A stretch of 64,000 bases of DNA. Origin: Candidatus Oxydemutatoraceae bacterium (GTDB lineage: Bacteria > Pseudomonadota > Gammaproteobacteria > Poriferisulfidales > Oxydemutatoraceae). Location of the stretch: assembly GCA_965220085.1 (NCBI GenBank), contig CBDCOZ010000003.1:64001-128000 (forward strand). Direction: 5' to 3'. Every line of letters begins with the position of its first letter. Position 1 is the stretch's first letter. The notes beneath the pieces were generated by a model. The model worked only from the letters and a program-made list of their open reading frames with translations. It was not told the DNA's origin and did no database searches. Both the position numbers and the translations under genes were made by a program. Of this stretch, positions 29,476 to 39,113 are shown in pieces.

Positions 29476-31212
29476 ATGAATCAGAAAATAAAACAATGGC
29501 TCACAGAGAGCCTCAACGCTTTGCAAGCCGCCGGCGCCATCGACAGCTTTCCCGACCCCGAAGTCAAGCCGGCAAAAAATCCCGCGCACGGTGACTACAC
29601 GAGCAATATCGCGATGATAATCTCCCGCGCCGCCGCCCGCCCGGCCGCCGATCTTGCAAACACCATCATTGCCGCGCACCCGTTGCCGCGTGAAATTAAA
29701 AAAGCCGAAGTCGCCGGCCCCGGCTTTATAAACTTTTATCTGCAAGACGCGGTGCGCGCCGATGTCATCGCCGCCATTCTCGAGCAAGGCGAGCGCTACG
29801 GGTGCCGCCCGCCCGGCAGCCGGGGGCGCGCGCTGGTCGAGTTCGTATCCGCCAACCCGACCGGGCCTTTGCACATCGGGCACGGGCGCGGCGCCGCGTA
29901 TGGCGCGGCACTGGTCAATCTGCTGACCGCGGCGGGCTATGACACCGACAGCGAATACTACATCAACGACAAAGGCCGGCAGATGGACATCCTGACGCTA
30001 TCGGTATGGTTGCGCTACCTCGACCTGTGCGGCGCCGAGACAGACTTTCCCGCCGGCTGTTATCAGGGCGACTATGTGTGGGACATCGCCGCCAAGTTGC
30101 GCAACGCCCACGGCGAAGCGTTCAAACACACGCTAAGCGATGTACCGCCCGAGGACACCGAGGCGAACCTCGATGCGCTGATTGCCCGCATGAAAGATTT
30201 GTTGCGCGAAGAGTACGCCGTCGTGTTTGACCTGACGCTTAAAGTCATGCTGGACAGCATCCGCAACGACCTGGACCGCCTCGGCGTGTCCTACTCGCGC
30301 TGGTTTTCGGAGCGCGAAGAGCTCGGCGAAAAAGAGATTGCCCAAGCGATCGCCGCATTGGAAAAGAACGGCCTGATATACGAGAAGGAAGGCGCGCGCT
30401 GGTTCAAGTCCGGCGCGCTGGGCGATGCAAAAGACCGCGTAGTCGCGCGCGCCAACGGTCAGACGACATACTTCGCATCGGATATCGCCTACCATCTTCA
30501 CAAGTACCGGCGCGGCTACGATTTGCTCGTCAATGTTTGGGGCGCCGATCACCACGGCTACGCGGCGCGCATCACCGCCGCGATGCAAGCGGCGGGGTTT
30601 GACAAGAACAAGTTGCGCATCGTATTGGTGCAATTCGTAAACCTCTACCGCAAAAAGGAATTGGTCGCCATGTCCACCCGCAGCGGCGAGTTCTACCCGC
30701 TGGCGGCGTTGCGCAAGGAAGTGGGCCGCGATGCGACCCGGCTGTTTTACCTGACATACAAATACAATCAGCACATGGACTTTGACATGGCCCTGGCGGC
30801 CTCCCGCAGCGCGGACAACCCCGTGTACTACATTCAATACGCACACGCGCGGGTGTGCAGCGTGTTCTCGCGCCTGCAAGAGAAGGGCCTTGACTATGCT
30901 TTTGACGCGCGGGCGTTATCGCGCCTTGAGGAGGAGCAGGAATCCGACCTGCTCAAACTGATGGCACAGTATCCCGGCGCATTGGCCGCCGCTGCGCGCG
31001 AGATGGAGCCGCATGCGTTGCTGAATTATCTGAGAACGCTGGCGGGACAGTTTCATTCTTACTACAACAGCCGCCGGCTCATCGTTGACGACGACGCACT
31101 GCGCGCCGCGCGGCTTGCCCTGACCCTGGCAATCGGTCAAATTATCCGCTCCGGCTTGGAGATGCTCGGCGCGTCCGCGCCGCAGCGCATGGACAGCAAT
31201 GACGACTCGTGA
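29476..31212 (+). CDS. argS: Arginine--tRNA ligase
   Basis: EFVSANPTGPLHIGHGRGA, WGADHHGY, MSTRSG and YYIQYAHAR. Confidence 0.98.
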   Translation: MNQKIKQWLTESLNALQAAGAIDSFPDPEVKPAKNPAHGDYTSNIAMIISRAAARPAADLANTIIAAHPLPREIKKAEVAGPGFINFYLQDAVRADVIAAILEQGERYGCRPPGSRGRALVEFVSANPTGPLHIGHGRGAAYGAALVNLLTAAGYDTDSEYYINDKGRQMDILTLSVWLRYLDLCGAETDFPAGCYQGDYVWDIAAKLRNAHGEAFKHTLSDVPPEDTEANLDALIARMKDLLREEYAVVFDLTLKVMLDSIRNDLDRLGVSYSRWFSEREELGEKEIAQAIAALEKNGLIYEKEGARWFKSGALGDAKDRVVARANGQTTYFASDIAYHLHKYRRGYDLLVNVWGADHHGYAARITAAMQAAGFDKNKLRIVLVQFVNLYRKKELVAMSTRSGEFYPLAALRKEVGRDATRLFYLTYKYNQHMDFDMALAASRSADNPVYYIQYAHARVCSVFSRLQEKGLDYAFDARALSRLEEEQESDLLKLMAQYPGALAAAAREMEPHALLNYLRTLAGQFHSYYNSRRLIVDDDALRAARLALTLAIGQIIRSGLEMLGASAPQRMDSNDDS

Positions 31213-31741
31213 TTACATCAACCGCAAGATAAGTCTCAAAAAGCGGGGGCCTGTCAACAAAGGATTTCTAATCGGCGCGGTGTTCGGCCTGACGCTTGGC
31301 ATCGGCGTTGCGGCGGGCATGCATTACTACTGCCAAAACATAGCGCGCAGCGCCCTGACATCCGAAGAGCAAGCCACCCCGTCGGGCAAAGGAGAAGCCG
31401 CTCCCGAGCGACTTCCCGGCTCCGACTTTCGTTTCTTCTCCCACCTCCCGTCGTTTGAGATTACCGTGCCCGAAGGGCAAGCGCCGCCGGACAAAGCCGC
31501 CAACGCCGCCGCCCCGTCATACATCCTGCAAGCGAGAGCGTTCAAAACGCGCGAAGCCGCCGACGAACACAAGCGCTCGCTGAGCGAACTGAACTACGAA
31601 GCAAAGATAAAAAAGATCAGTCGGGACGGTCGCGACTGGTTCCGCATATGGCTCGGCCCATACCCGCTGACGGAAGCGGCATCAACGCGGCGTCAACTGC
31701 GCGCCAAAGGCGTGGAGACCATGATCAAAGAAGACCGCTAG
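31199..31741 (+). CDS. SPOR-domain cell division protein (FtsN-like)
   Basis: N-terminal TM segment, FRFFSHLP, and C-terminal YILQARAF...WFRIWLGPY. Conserved position after argS. Confidence 0.85.
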   Translation: MTTRDYINRKISLKKRGPVNKGFLIGAVFGLTLGIGVAAGMHYYCQNIARSALTSEEQATPSGKGEAAPERLPGSDFRFFSHLPSFEITVPEGQAPPDKAANAAAPSYILQARAFKTREAADEHKRSLSELNYEAKIKKISRDGRDWFRIWLGPYPLTEAASTRRQLRAKGVETMIKEDR

Positions 31742-31810
31742 CGGTCTGCGCAGAAGCGCGCGCTCGCCCGCAACGGAGACAACAAGCAAGGCGGCCAGCG
31801 CGAGCGGTCC

Positions 31811-31894
31811 TACCGAGAGAGGGACTCGAACCCTCATGGAGTTACCCCCACCGGATTTTGAGTCCGGCGCGTCTACCAATTCCGCCATCTCGGC
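31811..31894 (-). tRNA. tRNA-Leu(CAA)
   Basis: Reverse complement GCCGAGATGGCGGAATTGGTAGACGCGCCGGACT-CAA-AATCCGG...GGTTCGAGTCCCTCTCTCGGTA. Long variable arm, CCA not encoded. Confidence 0.96.
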
Positions 31895-32147
31895 ATGGCC
31901 CGAATTATATATGCTTTTATCGCCGCCGTCATTTGTCGCGCCATGCGACGCTCCCCTTGCGGGGGAGTCCGAATCTCGCGCCACAAAATGCCCGGGCTTT
32001 GCCCCTCGTCGCGCTATCCTTCGCCTTGCGGCTCGGCTCTGCGCCTTTCCCGCAGGGGATGTGGCCGGCGCGACCACAGCGTGCGCTTAGGGATACCCTT
32101 ATAATGCGGGCATCTGACCGGAGGCGGATGCGCTGATTGCAGGGGGG

Positions 32148-32174
32148 TTGCAAATATTTTTTATGTGGTATAAT
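32148..32174 (+). promoter_or_regulatory. Promoter of the first tagged-protein gene
   Basis: TTGCAA...TGTGG-TATAAT. The same architecture precedes other family members. Confidence 0.6.
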
Positions 32175-32393
32175 CGCCGACAGTGGGGATGTGTTTGAAC
32201 CCTCATGGGATTCTGCTATTGCAAAGTGACGGCGCACACCCCCACGCTTTGCAACTAAAATTAGGAGGAAATATCACATGCAGTTTTTATCAGACCCACA
32301 GGGTACACAAAACAACAATGCGGTTATGAAAATATCACATGCAGTCTTCACCGGACTCACAGGAGATCCTGGCAGTGTAGGATCATATTTATA

Positions 32394-32417
32394 CCCCCCC
32401 CCCCCCCCCCCCCCCCC
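32394..32417 (+). repeat. Poly-C tract (C24), putative phase-variation switch
   Basis: Lies between RBS-preceded ATG 32278 and the signal-peptide codons. Out of frame by 1. Confidence 0.8.
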
Positions 32418-32440
32418 TGCGCACATACGGGTGGGCAACG

Positions 32441-35110
32441 ATGACAGGGCGCGGTCTTTTTATGCTGGCACTGCTGGCTGTCTGCGCCCAAGCGCAGGCG
32501 CAGGCCAACAATGCCGCCACTGGTAATATATCTGTCGCCTACGCCAGCGGCACTGTGCCCACCGAGGATGTGCCGATAACCGCATCTGCAAGCAACATAG
32601 CCGATGACGATGGCGTGCCCGACCCGCTCAGCCTGAGCTGGCAATGGAGCCAGTCCAACGACAACGGCGTCACCTACGACGACATCACCGCCACCGCCGA
32701 AAACGGCGCGAACACCGCCACCTTCACCCCCGACCAGCCTCAGTCGAACAGGCTTCTGCAGGTCTGCGCATCGTTCGCCGACAACGCAAACAACTCCGAG
32801 AAGCTATGCCACCGGATAGCCACCAGGGTGGTCAATGTCAATGACCCGCCCGACAACCCCATGTTTACCGTTGGGGATCACTCAGACGGCCCTGCACTGA
32901 CTGGCGCACCCGTAGAGGACACGTCCATAACACTGGGATCCCAAGGCGTAAACGATGCCGACGGCTTTAGTGATCTCAACCGTACCACATATATTTGGAG
33001 CGCCGATAATGGCGGCGACGGGGTATTCACTGAAATCAGCAGACGAACCCTGTCTTTTACACCCGGCCAGGAACATGTCGGCAGTGTCATCCGCTGCTGT
33101 CTCACCTATAGGGATGACTTTAATGTCAGGGAAAGTTTCTGCATCATGACCCCCGAGCCGGTGGTCAACGCCAACGATGCGCCGGTGGCGCAACGAAGCA
33201 GTGTCGCGGTGCGCACCGATGCCACTTCCGCCGAGCCATATACATTCAAGCCATCCGACTTTCGCTTCGCCGATGAGGATGGCGATGCGTTGGCGAACAT
33301 CCGCATAACCGGCCTGCCCACTGGCAACTCCCAGGGTGTTGGCACTCTGCTCCTGAATGGCACCGCCCTGACCAGCGGCAACCTGCCGGTCACCTTGACA
33401 GCGGATGAACTTGATGACGGCGACCTCACCTATTATCCGACAGCCGGCAATGCGGCGGTCACCACCAGCAACAGCTTGTCAGCTGGATTCTATGCCCAAT
33501 TCAGCTTCAAGGTGGAGGACGATGGCGACGATATCAGGCTGGATGGCAATGGCGAAGAGATCGAGGCCAACGTAAGCGCCAACATCGGCTCCATGAACAT
33601 CCGTTTGGCAGACACCAGCGAGCAGGTCCCCGCCGGCGGCGCGCCCGCCATCTCCCCCTCGGGCGACAGCCACCGTCAGCACACCGTGCTGACCGCCGCA
33701 TACACCGACGATACCAACTTTATAATATTTGACCGCAACGGCATAGACGAGGGCACAGTCAGGTGGCAGTGGCAACAAGCCGCTCCGGTCAATGACGCGG
33801 TCCCCGCCGAAGCCAGCAGCGCCTGGACCAACATAACCGGGGCCACCGATGCCGCCTTCGCCCTGACCCAGGCCCAGGTGGGCATGCATACCCGCGTCCG
33901 CATCACCTTTGCCGATGGCCTGGGCAATACCGAGGGCCCGTTCTATTCCGCCTCCATCACGACCACCGATGTCGCCGATGCGCCAGTGGCGCCGGGTAAC
34001 ACCATCCCGGTGGCCGCGGGCCGCAGTTATGCTTTCTCGGCGGCTGATTTTCCGTCTAGCGACGAGGACGGGGATGCCTTGGTTCACATGCGACTGAGAA
34101 GTCTGCCTGACAACGGTACGCTGTCTCTCCGCCGCCCCGCCACCGCTACTGCTTCAACTTTAACGAGCGTTCCTGTAGTAGCATTCACAAGGGAAGAATT
34201 TGAGCAACTCGGAGAAGAAGGAGGGATCGAGTTGGTCTATGCCCCTCCCGCGGCTGCCACCACGCCCACGGCGAACTATGACAGATTTACGTACAGCGTC
34301 CAAACTGGCACGGATGCGGCGCCGAGCAACGAGGCCGTCATCACCATAGCCCTGGTGTCGGCCATGCAATCAACGGCAACCGGCGCGCCGACGGTGACAG
34401 CGGTTGCCGGCGCCGCCTACGCCGAGGACACGGAATTGACCGCCTCCGTCGACGACATCAGCGATGACAACGGCATAGACCGCAGAACCCTGATGTGGCA
34501 GTGGCAATCTGCCGCCGCCCCCGCTAACGGCACCGCCCCGGCGGTCAGAGCCTACGGTGCCATCGCCGGAGCCACCGCCGCCGCCTTCACCCCGTTGCAA
34601 ACCCATGTGGGCAGATACATCCGCGTCTGCCTGACATTCACCGACGGCATAGGCGAGCGCGAGGACCCGCTCTGTTCCGACGGTGAGCGGGTTGCCAATG
34701 TCAACGATGCGCCGATGACCGAAGACAGCGAAGTGTCCGTGCCCACCATGACCACCGAGGAGATGCCCTATGCATTCAAGGCGAGCGACTTCCCGTTTGC
34801 CGACGAGGACACCGGTGACTCTCTGCAAGGTATCACCATCACCGATGCGCCGGACAAGGGCGCTTTGTTGGTAGGCGGCGAAGCGCTGTTGACATCCGGC
34901 TCGAGCAAAAACAACGTGGTGTCTGTGTCCGACATCTCCATGCTCGCTTACTACCCGGCGGCCGATGCGGAAGCGGGGCGAAACTATGACTCATTTGAAT
35001 TCACTGTCAGCGATGGCACGGAGAGCAGCGTCGCCGCGTCAATGAGCATACATCTGGGGGCCGACCTGCGCTTGCGGTTGCGCATCTTCTTGGAGGGGCC
35101 GCTGCGATAG
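32441..35110 (+). CDS. Secreted cadherin/Ig-like repeat protein with C-terminal LRLRLRIFLEGPLR tag (member 1)
   Basis: Signal peptide ending AQAQA. NVNDAP...DF.F.DEDGD.L repeats alternate with WQWQQ...GAT..F...VG..IRV modules. The true start may be 32278 through the poly-C. Confidence 0.85.
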   Translation: MTGRGLFMLALLAVCAQAQAQANNAATGNISVAYASGTVPTEDVPITASASNIADDDGVPDPLSLSWQWSQSNDNGVTYDDITATAENGANTATFTPDQPQSNRLLQVCASFADNANNSEKLCHRIATRVVNVNDPPDNPMFTVGDHSDGPALTGAPVEDTSITLGSQGVNDADGFSDLNRTTYIWSADNGGDGVFTEISRRTLSFTPGQEHVGSVIRCCLTYRDDFNVRESFCIMTPEPVVNANDAPVAQRSSVAVRTDATSAEPYTFKPSDFRFADEDGDALANIRITGLPTGNSQGVGTLLLNGTALTSGNLPVTLTADELDDGDLTYYPTAGNAAVTTSNSLSAGFYAQFSFKVEDDGDDIRLDGNGEEIEANVSANIGSMNIRLADTSEQVPAGGAPAISPSGDSHRQHTVLTAAYTDDTNFIIFDRNGIDEGTVRWQWQQAAPVNDAVPAEASSAWTNITGATDAAFALTQAQVGMHTRVRITFADGLGNTEGPFYSASITTTDVADAPVAPGNTIPVAAGRSYAFSAADFPSSDEDGDALVHMRLRSLPDNGTLSLRRPATATASTLTSVPVVAFTREEFEQLGEEGGIELVYAPPAAATTPTANYDRFTYSVQTGTDAAPSNEAVITIALVSAMQSTATGAPTVTAVAGAAYAEDTELTASVDDISDDNGIDRRTLMWQWQSAAAPANGTAPAVRAYGAIAGATAAAFTPLQTHVGRYIRVCLTFTDGIGEREDPLCSDGERVANVNDAPMTEDSEVSVPTMTTEEMPYAFKASDFPFADEDTGDSLQGITITDAPDKGALLVGGEALLTSGSSKNNVVSVSDISMLAYYPAADAEAGRNYDSFEFTVSDGTESSVAASMSIHLGADLRLRLRIFLEGPLR

Positions 35111-35203
35111 CGCGAGCAATCCCATCGCAAGACTTGCGCTAACACGCTTCCTTGTGGCAAGCAATACTCTCCCCTTGTGGGAGAGTCAGCGAGCTTCGCT
35201 CGC
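35111..35203 (+). repeat. Post-gene repeat with REP-like hairpin
   Basis: CATCGCAAGACTTGCGCTAACA...ACTCTCCCCTTGTGGGAGAGT also occurs at about 38553-38642 and 41865-41940. Confidence 0.85.
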
Positions 35204-35400
35204 CGGAGAGGGGGAGAGTCGTGGGGTGCGCACAAGGGGGTGCGCATACCTCACTAAAGGTAGGCCGCTGCGATAGCACGAGAGCCCTGCAGCGGAAAAG
35301 GGGAGTGTTGTGCGGTGCGCACGAGGGAGTGCGCCTACCCCCTTTGAGGTATGCCGCTACGGAGGTGTTGTGGAGTCGCACAAGAAGGCGAGACAGTAGA

Positions 35401-35563
35401 CTTGCAAATGATCGGCACTTTGTGGTAGAGTACATTAAATGAGGGAAACACTGAACAACTCAACTCTTGCAAAGGACTCGCACTTTGTGGTAGAGTACAT
35501 CAAATGAGGGAAACATTGAATAACTCAACTCTTGCAAAGGACTCGCACTTTGTGGTAGAGTAC
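35401..35563 (+). promoter_or_regulatory. 65-bp tandem repeat giving three copies of a promoter-like motif
   Basis: CTTGCAAA...CACTTTGTGG-TAGAGTAC at 35401, 35466 and 35531. Single copies near 38826, 43912 and 45509. Confidence 0.7.
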
Positions 35564-35747
35564 GCAGTACTAAGAGTGCTGGCACTCATTAGTACAATTT
35601 CGTTTGCTAGACAACTACGAGGAGTAAATACGATGAATCGACAATCTGCCAAAGGCACTTGCACAATGGCTCGCACTGATAGCAGAATAACTGCTACCAT
35701 AGACTGCTATAGGAGTAATACTATGAATAAACAAGTTTTTAATACTG

Positions 35748-35769
35748 CCCCCCCCCCCCCCCCCCCCCC
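35748..35769 (+). repeat. Poly-C tract (C22), putative phase-variation switch
   Basis: Follows AGGAG-ATG 35723 (MNKQVFNTA). Out of frame by 1 with the 35793 ORF. Confidence 0.8.
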
Positions 35770-35792
35770 TGCGCACATACGGGTGGGCAACG

Positions 35793-38396
35793 ATGACAGG
35801 CCGCGGTCTTTTTATGCTGGCACTGCTGACCGTCTGCGCCCAAGCGCAGGCACAGAACAATGCCGCCACCGGTAATATATCTGTCGCCTACGCCAGCGGC
35901 ACTGTGCCCACCGAGGATGTGCCGATAACCGCATCCGCGAGCAACATAGCCGACACCGATGGCGTGCCCGACCCGCTCAGCCTGAGCTGGCGATGGAAAC
36001 AGGTCCACCCCGTCAACAGCGCCATTACCGACATAGAGGGCGCCACCTCCGCCACTTTCACCCCCGACCAGCCCCAGGTGCGCTTTTTTCTGCGCGCCTG
36101 CGCATCGTTCACAGACAACGTCGGAAACAGCGAGGAGCTGTGCCACCAGATAGCCACCGCCGTGGCCAATGTCAATGACCCGCCCGCCCCCGTGCTTACC
36201 ATTGGAAGCGACCTGAACTCCCCTGAACTGACCGGCGCACCCAGAGAGGGCGCATCCTTAACACTGGCAGGCTCCAACATAAACGACCCCGACGGCGTCG
36301 ATGAGTTTTTCTCCCAATCCCTATGGATTTGGGACCAGGACGATGGCGGCAACGGGGTATTCGTCAATGTGCTCACATCGAGCAACGCCGCCGCATTCAC
36401 CCCGACTCAGGAACATGTCGGAAATCGCATCCGCGGCTGTATCAGGTACAGAGATGACTTTAGTGCCATGGAAAAGGCCTGCGTCACCACCCTGCCGGTG
36501 GTCAACGCCAACGATGCGCCGGTGGCGCAACTCGGCAGAGTGGCGGTGCCCGTCAACGCCACCTCCGCCGAGCCATATCCATTCAAGCCGACCGACTTCC
36601 CATTCACCGATGAGGATGGCGATGCGCTGGCGAAAGTCCAAATAACCGCACTGCCCACTGGCGGCGGCCAGGGTGGCGGCACTATGGCCAGGAATGGCGC
36701 CGCCCTGACCAGCGGCGACCTGCCGGTCACCCTGACAGTGGCGCAACTTGAGGCTGGCAACCTGACCTATTATCCGACTGCCAGCAATGCGGAGGTCACC
36801 ACCAGCAACAGATTGTCATCTGGATTCTATGCCCAATTCAGCTTCAAGGTGGAGGACGATGGCAGCGATGGCGAGGATGACAAAGTTAGCGTGGATGCCG
36901 CCACAATCAACATCCGCCTGGTATCCACCAGCCAGGCCGCCGCCGGAGGTGCGCCCGCCATCACCCCCTCGGGCGCCAGCCAACCCCAGCACACCGTGCT
37001 GACCGCCGCATACGATGACGGCACGAACTTTATAATATTTGACCGCAACGGCATAGACGAGGGCACAGTCAGGTGGCAGTGGCAGCAAGCCGCCCCGGTC
37101 GATGGCGCGGCCCCGCCGCCGACAAGCAGTGCCTGGACCAACATAACCGGGGCCACCGATGCCGCCTTCGCCCTGACCCAGGCCCAGGTGGGCATGCATA
37201 CCCGCGTCCGCATCACCTTTGCCGATGGCCTGGGCAATACCGAGGGCCCGCTCTATTCCGCCTCCATCACGACCGCCGATGTCGCCGATGCGCCGGTGGC
37301 GCCGGGCAATACCATCCCCGTGGCCGCGGGCCGCAGTTATGATTTCTCGGCGGATGATTTTCCGTTTAGCGACGAGGACGGGGATGCCTTGGTTCACATG
37401 CAATTAGTCAGTCTGCCTGACAACGGTACGCTGTCTCTCCGCCGCCCCGCCACTGCTACTGCCTCAACTTTAACGAGCGTTCCCGGAGCATTCACAAGGG
37501 ACGAATTGGAACAACTCGGAGAGGAAGGAGGGATCGAGTTGGTCTATGCCCCTCCCGCGGCTGCCACCACGCCCACGGCGAACTATGACAGATTTACGTA
37601 CAGCGTCCGAACCGGTACGGGCGCGGCGCAAAGGGATAGCAACGAGGCCGTCATCACCATAGACCTGGTACCGGCCACGCAATCAACAGCAACCGGCGCG
37701 CCGACGGTGACAGCGGTTGCCGGCGCCGCCTACGACGAGGACACGGAATTGACCGCCTCCGTCGACGGCATCAGCGATGGCAACGGCATAGACCGCAGAA
37801 CCCTGATGTGGCAGTGGCAACAGTCCGCCACTCAGGCCGGCACCTACGCCGACATCGCCGGGGCCGCCGCCGCAGCCTTCACCCCGTTGCAAGCCCATGT
37901 CAACCGATACATCCGCGTCTGCCTGACATTTGAAGATGGCATAGACACGACCGAGGGCCCGCTCTGTTCCGCTGGTGCGCGGGTTGCCAATGTCAACGAT
38001 GCGCCGACGACCAAAGACAGCGAAGTGTCCGTGCCCACCATGACCACCGAGGAGATGCCCCATGCATTTCAGAAGAGCGACTTCCCGTTTGCCGACGAGG
38101 ACGCCGACGACTCTCTGCGAAGTATCGCTATCACCAGCACGCCGACCGCAGGCATCTTGCGCGCGGGGACGACGAGAATCACCGCAAGCAATGTGCCATA
38201 CGAGGTAGAGGCAGACGACATCTCCATGCTCGCCTACTACCCGGCGGACGATGCGGAAGCGGGGCGAAACTATGACTCATTTGAATTCACTGTCAGCGAT
38301 GGCACGAAGAGCAGCGCCGCCGCGTCAATGAACATCCATCTGGGGGGCGACCTGCGCTTGCGGCTGCGCATCTTCCTGGAAGGGCCGTTGCGGTAA
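35793..38396 (+). CDS. Secreted cadherin/Ig-like repeat protein with C-terminal tag (member 2), mosaic paralogue of member 1
   Basis: Long near-identical blocks shared with 32441-35110. Ends LRLRLRIFLEGPLR. Confidence 0.85.
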   Translation: MTGRGLFMLALLTVCAQAQAQNNAATGNISVAYASGTVPTEDVPITASASNIADTDGVPDPLSLSWRWKQVHPVNSAITDIEGATSATFTPDQPQVRFFLRACASFTDNVGNSEELCHQIATAVANVNDPPAPVLTIGSDLNSPELTGAPREGASLTLAGSNINDPDGVDEFFSQSLWIWDQDDGGNGVFVNVLTSSNAAAFTPTQEHVGNRIRGCIRYRDDFSAMEKACVTTLPVVNANDAPVAQLGRVAVPVNATSAEPYPFKPTDFPFTDEDGDALAKVQITALPTGGGQGGGTMARNGAALTSGDLPVTLTVAQLEAGNLTYYPTASNAEVTTSNRLSSGFYAQFSFKVEDDGSDGEDDKVSVDAATINIRLVSTSQAAAGGAPAITPSGASQPQHTVLTAAYDDGTNFIIFDRNGIDEGTVRWQWQQAAPVDGAAPPPTSSAWTNITGATDAAFALTQAQVGMHTRVRITFADGLGNTEGPLYSASITTADVADAPVAPGNTIPVAAGRSYDFSADDFPFSDEDGDALVHMQLVSLPDNGTLSLRRPATATASTLTSVPGAFTRDELEQLGEEGGIELVYAPPAAATTPTANYDRFTYSVRTGTGAAQRDSNEAVITIDLVPATQSTATGAPTVTAVAGAAYDEDTELTASVDGISDGNGIDRRTLMWQWQQSATQAGTYADIAGAAAAAFTPLQAHVNRYIRVCLTFEDGIDTTEGPLCSAGARVANVNDAPTTKDSEVSVPTMTTEEMPHAFQKSDFPFADEDADDSLRSIAITSTPTAGILRAGTTRITASNVPYEVEADDISMLAYYPADDAEAGRNYDSFEFTVSDGTKSSAAASMNIHLGGDLRLRLRIFLEGPLR

Positions 38397-38483
38397 TGGC
38401 AAACACACGCGCACAAGTGAGTATTGCCATTGAAGGCGGCGCCGATGGTCGGACTCAAGCCGGCGCGGCTTACGCCCGCGTCA

Positions 38484-38552
38484 ATGAACATCCATCTGGG
38501 TGCCGATCTGCGCTTGCGCTTGCGCATCTTCCTGGAGGGGCCGTTGCGATAG
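38484..38552 (+). repeat. Orphan duplicate of the C-terminal tag (MNIHLGADLRLRLRIFLEGPLR*)
   Basis: Copy of the last 22 codons of member 2 with mostly synonymous changes. Confidence 0.85.
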
Positions 38553-39073
38553 CGAGCAATCCATCGCAAGACTTGCGCTAACATGCTCCCTTGTGGCAAG
38601 CAATACTCTCCCCTTGTGGGAGAGTCAGCGAGCTTCGCTCGCTGGAGAGGGGGATAAACCACACTCCCTCTCGCACCATCCCCGAAGGCGAGACGGTAGG
38701 GAAGCAGCGATAGCAACGCCCGAACCTTTCCCCCTCACCGCATCGTCCTTCGCCTGCGGCTCGTCCTCTGCGACTCTCCCGCGAGGGGAGAGTCGTGGGG
38801 TGCGCACAAGGGAGTGACAGACAGACTTGCAAAGGACTTGTGCTTTGTGGTAGAGTAGAATACTAAGAGTACAGCACTCATTATTAAGAGTACGGTACTC
38901 ATTTATACGACTGCATTAATATGGCTACATTTACCAGACAAGACTAAACATCAGGAGGAAGACTATGATTTGTGATAGAGTGCATAGCATTAAGCGTACC
39001 AACACGCACCGTACAATCGTATTCACTAGACAAGCCATGAGGGGGGCCGCCATGAAGCAAAAAATATTTAATA

Positions 39074-39096
39074 CCCCCCCCCCCCCCCCCCCCCCC
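39074..39096 (+). repeat. Poly-C tract (C23), putative phase-variation switch
   Basis: Follows ATG 39052 (MKQKIFNT). Out of frame with the 39114 ORF. Confidence 0.8.
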
Positions 39097-39113
39097 TCGC
39101 ACTAGGGGTAGCG

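Noticed and set aside
31811-31894. tRNA-Leu as an island attachment site
   Set aside because: I found no duplicated tRNA 3' end or integrase. The 12-bp match near 32197 is too short, and the accessory array lies on the tRNA's 5' side.
35066-35110. LRLR in the tag as a ubiquitin/ISG15 LRLRGG mimic or substrate of the local Ubl system
   Set aside because: There is no di-Gly or terminal Gly, and the proteins are exported whereas the E1/E2 machinery is cytoplasmic. The resemblance is probably just an amphipathic strand.
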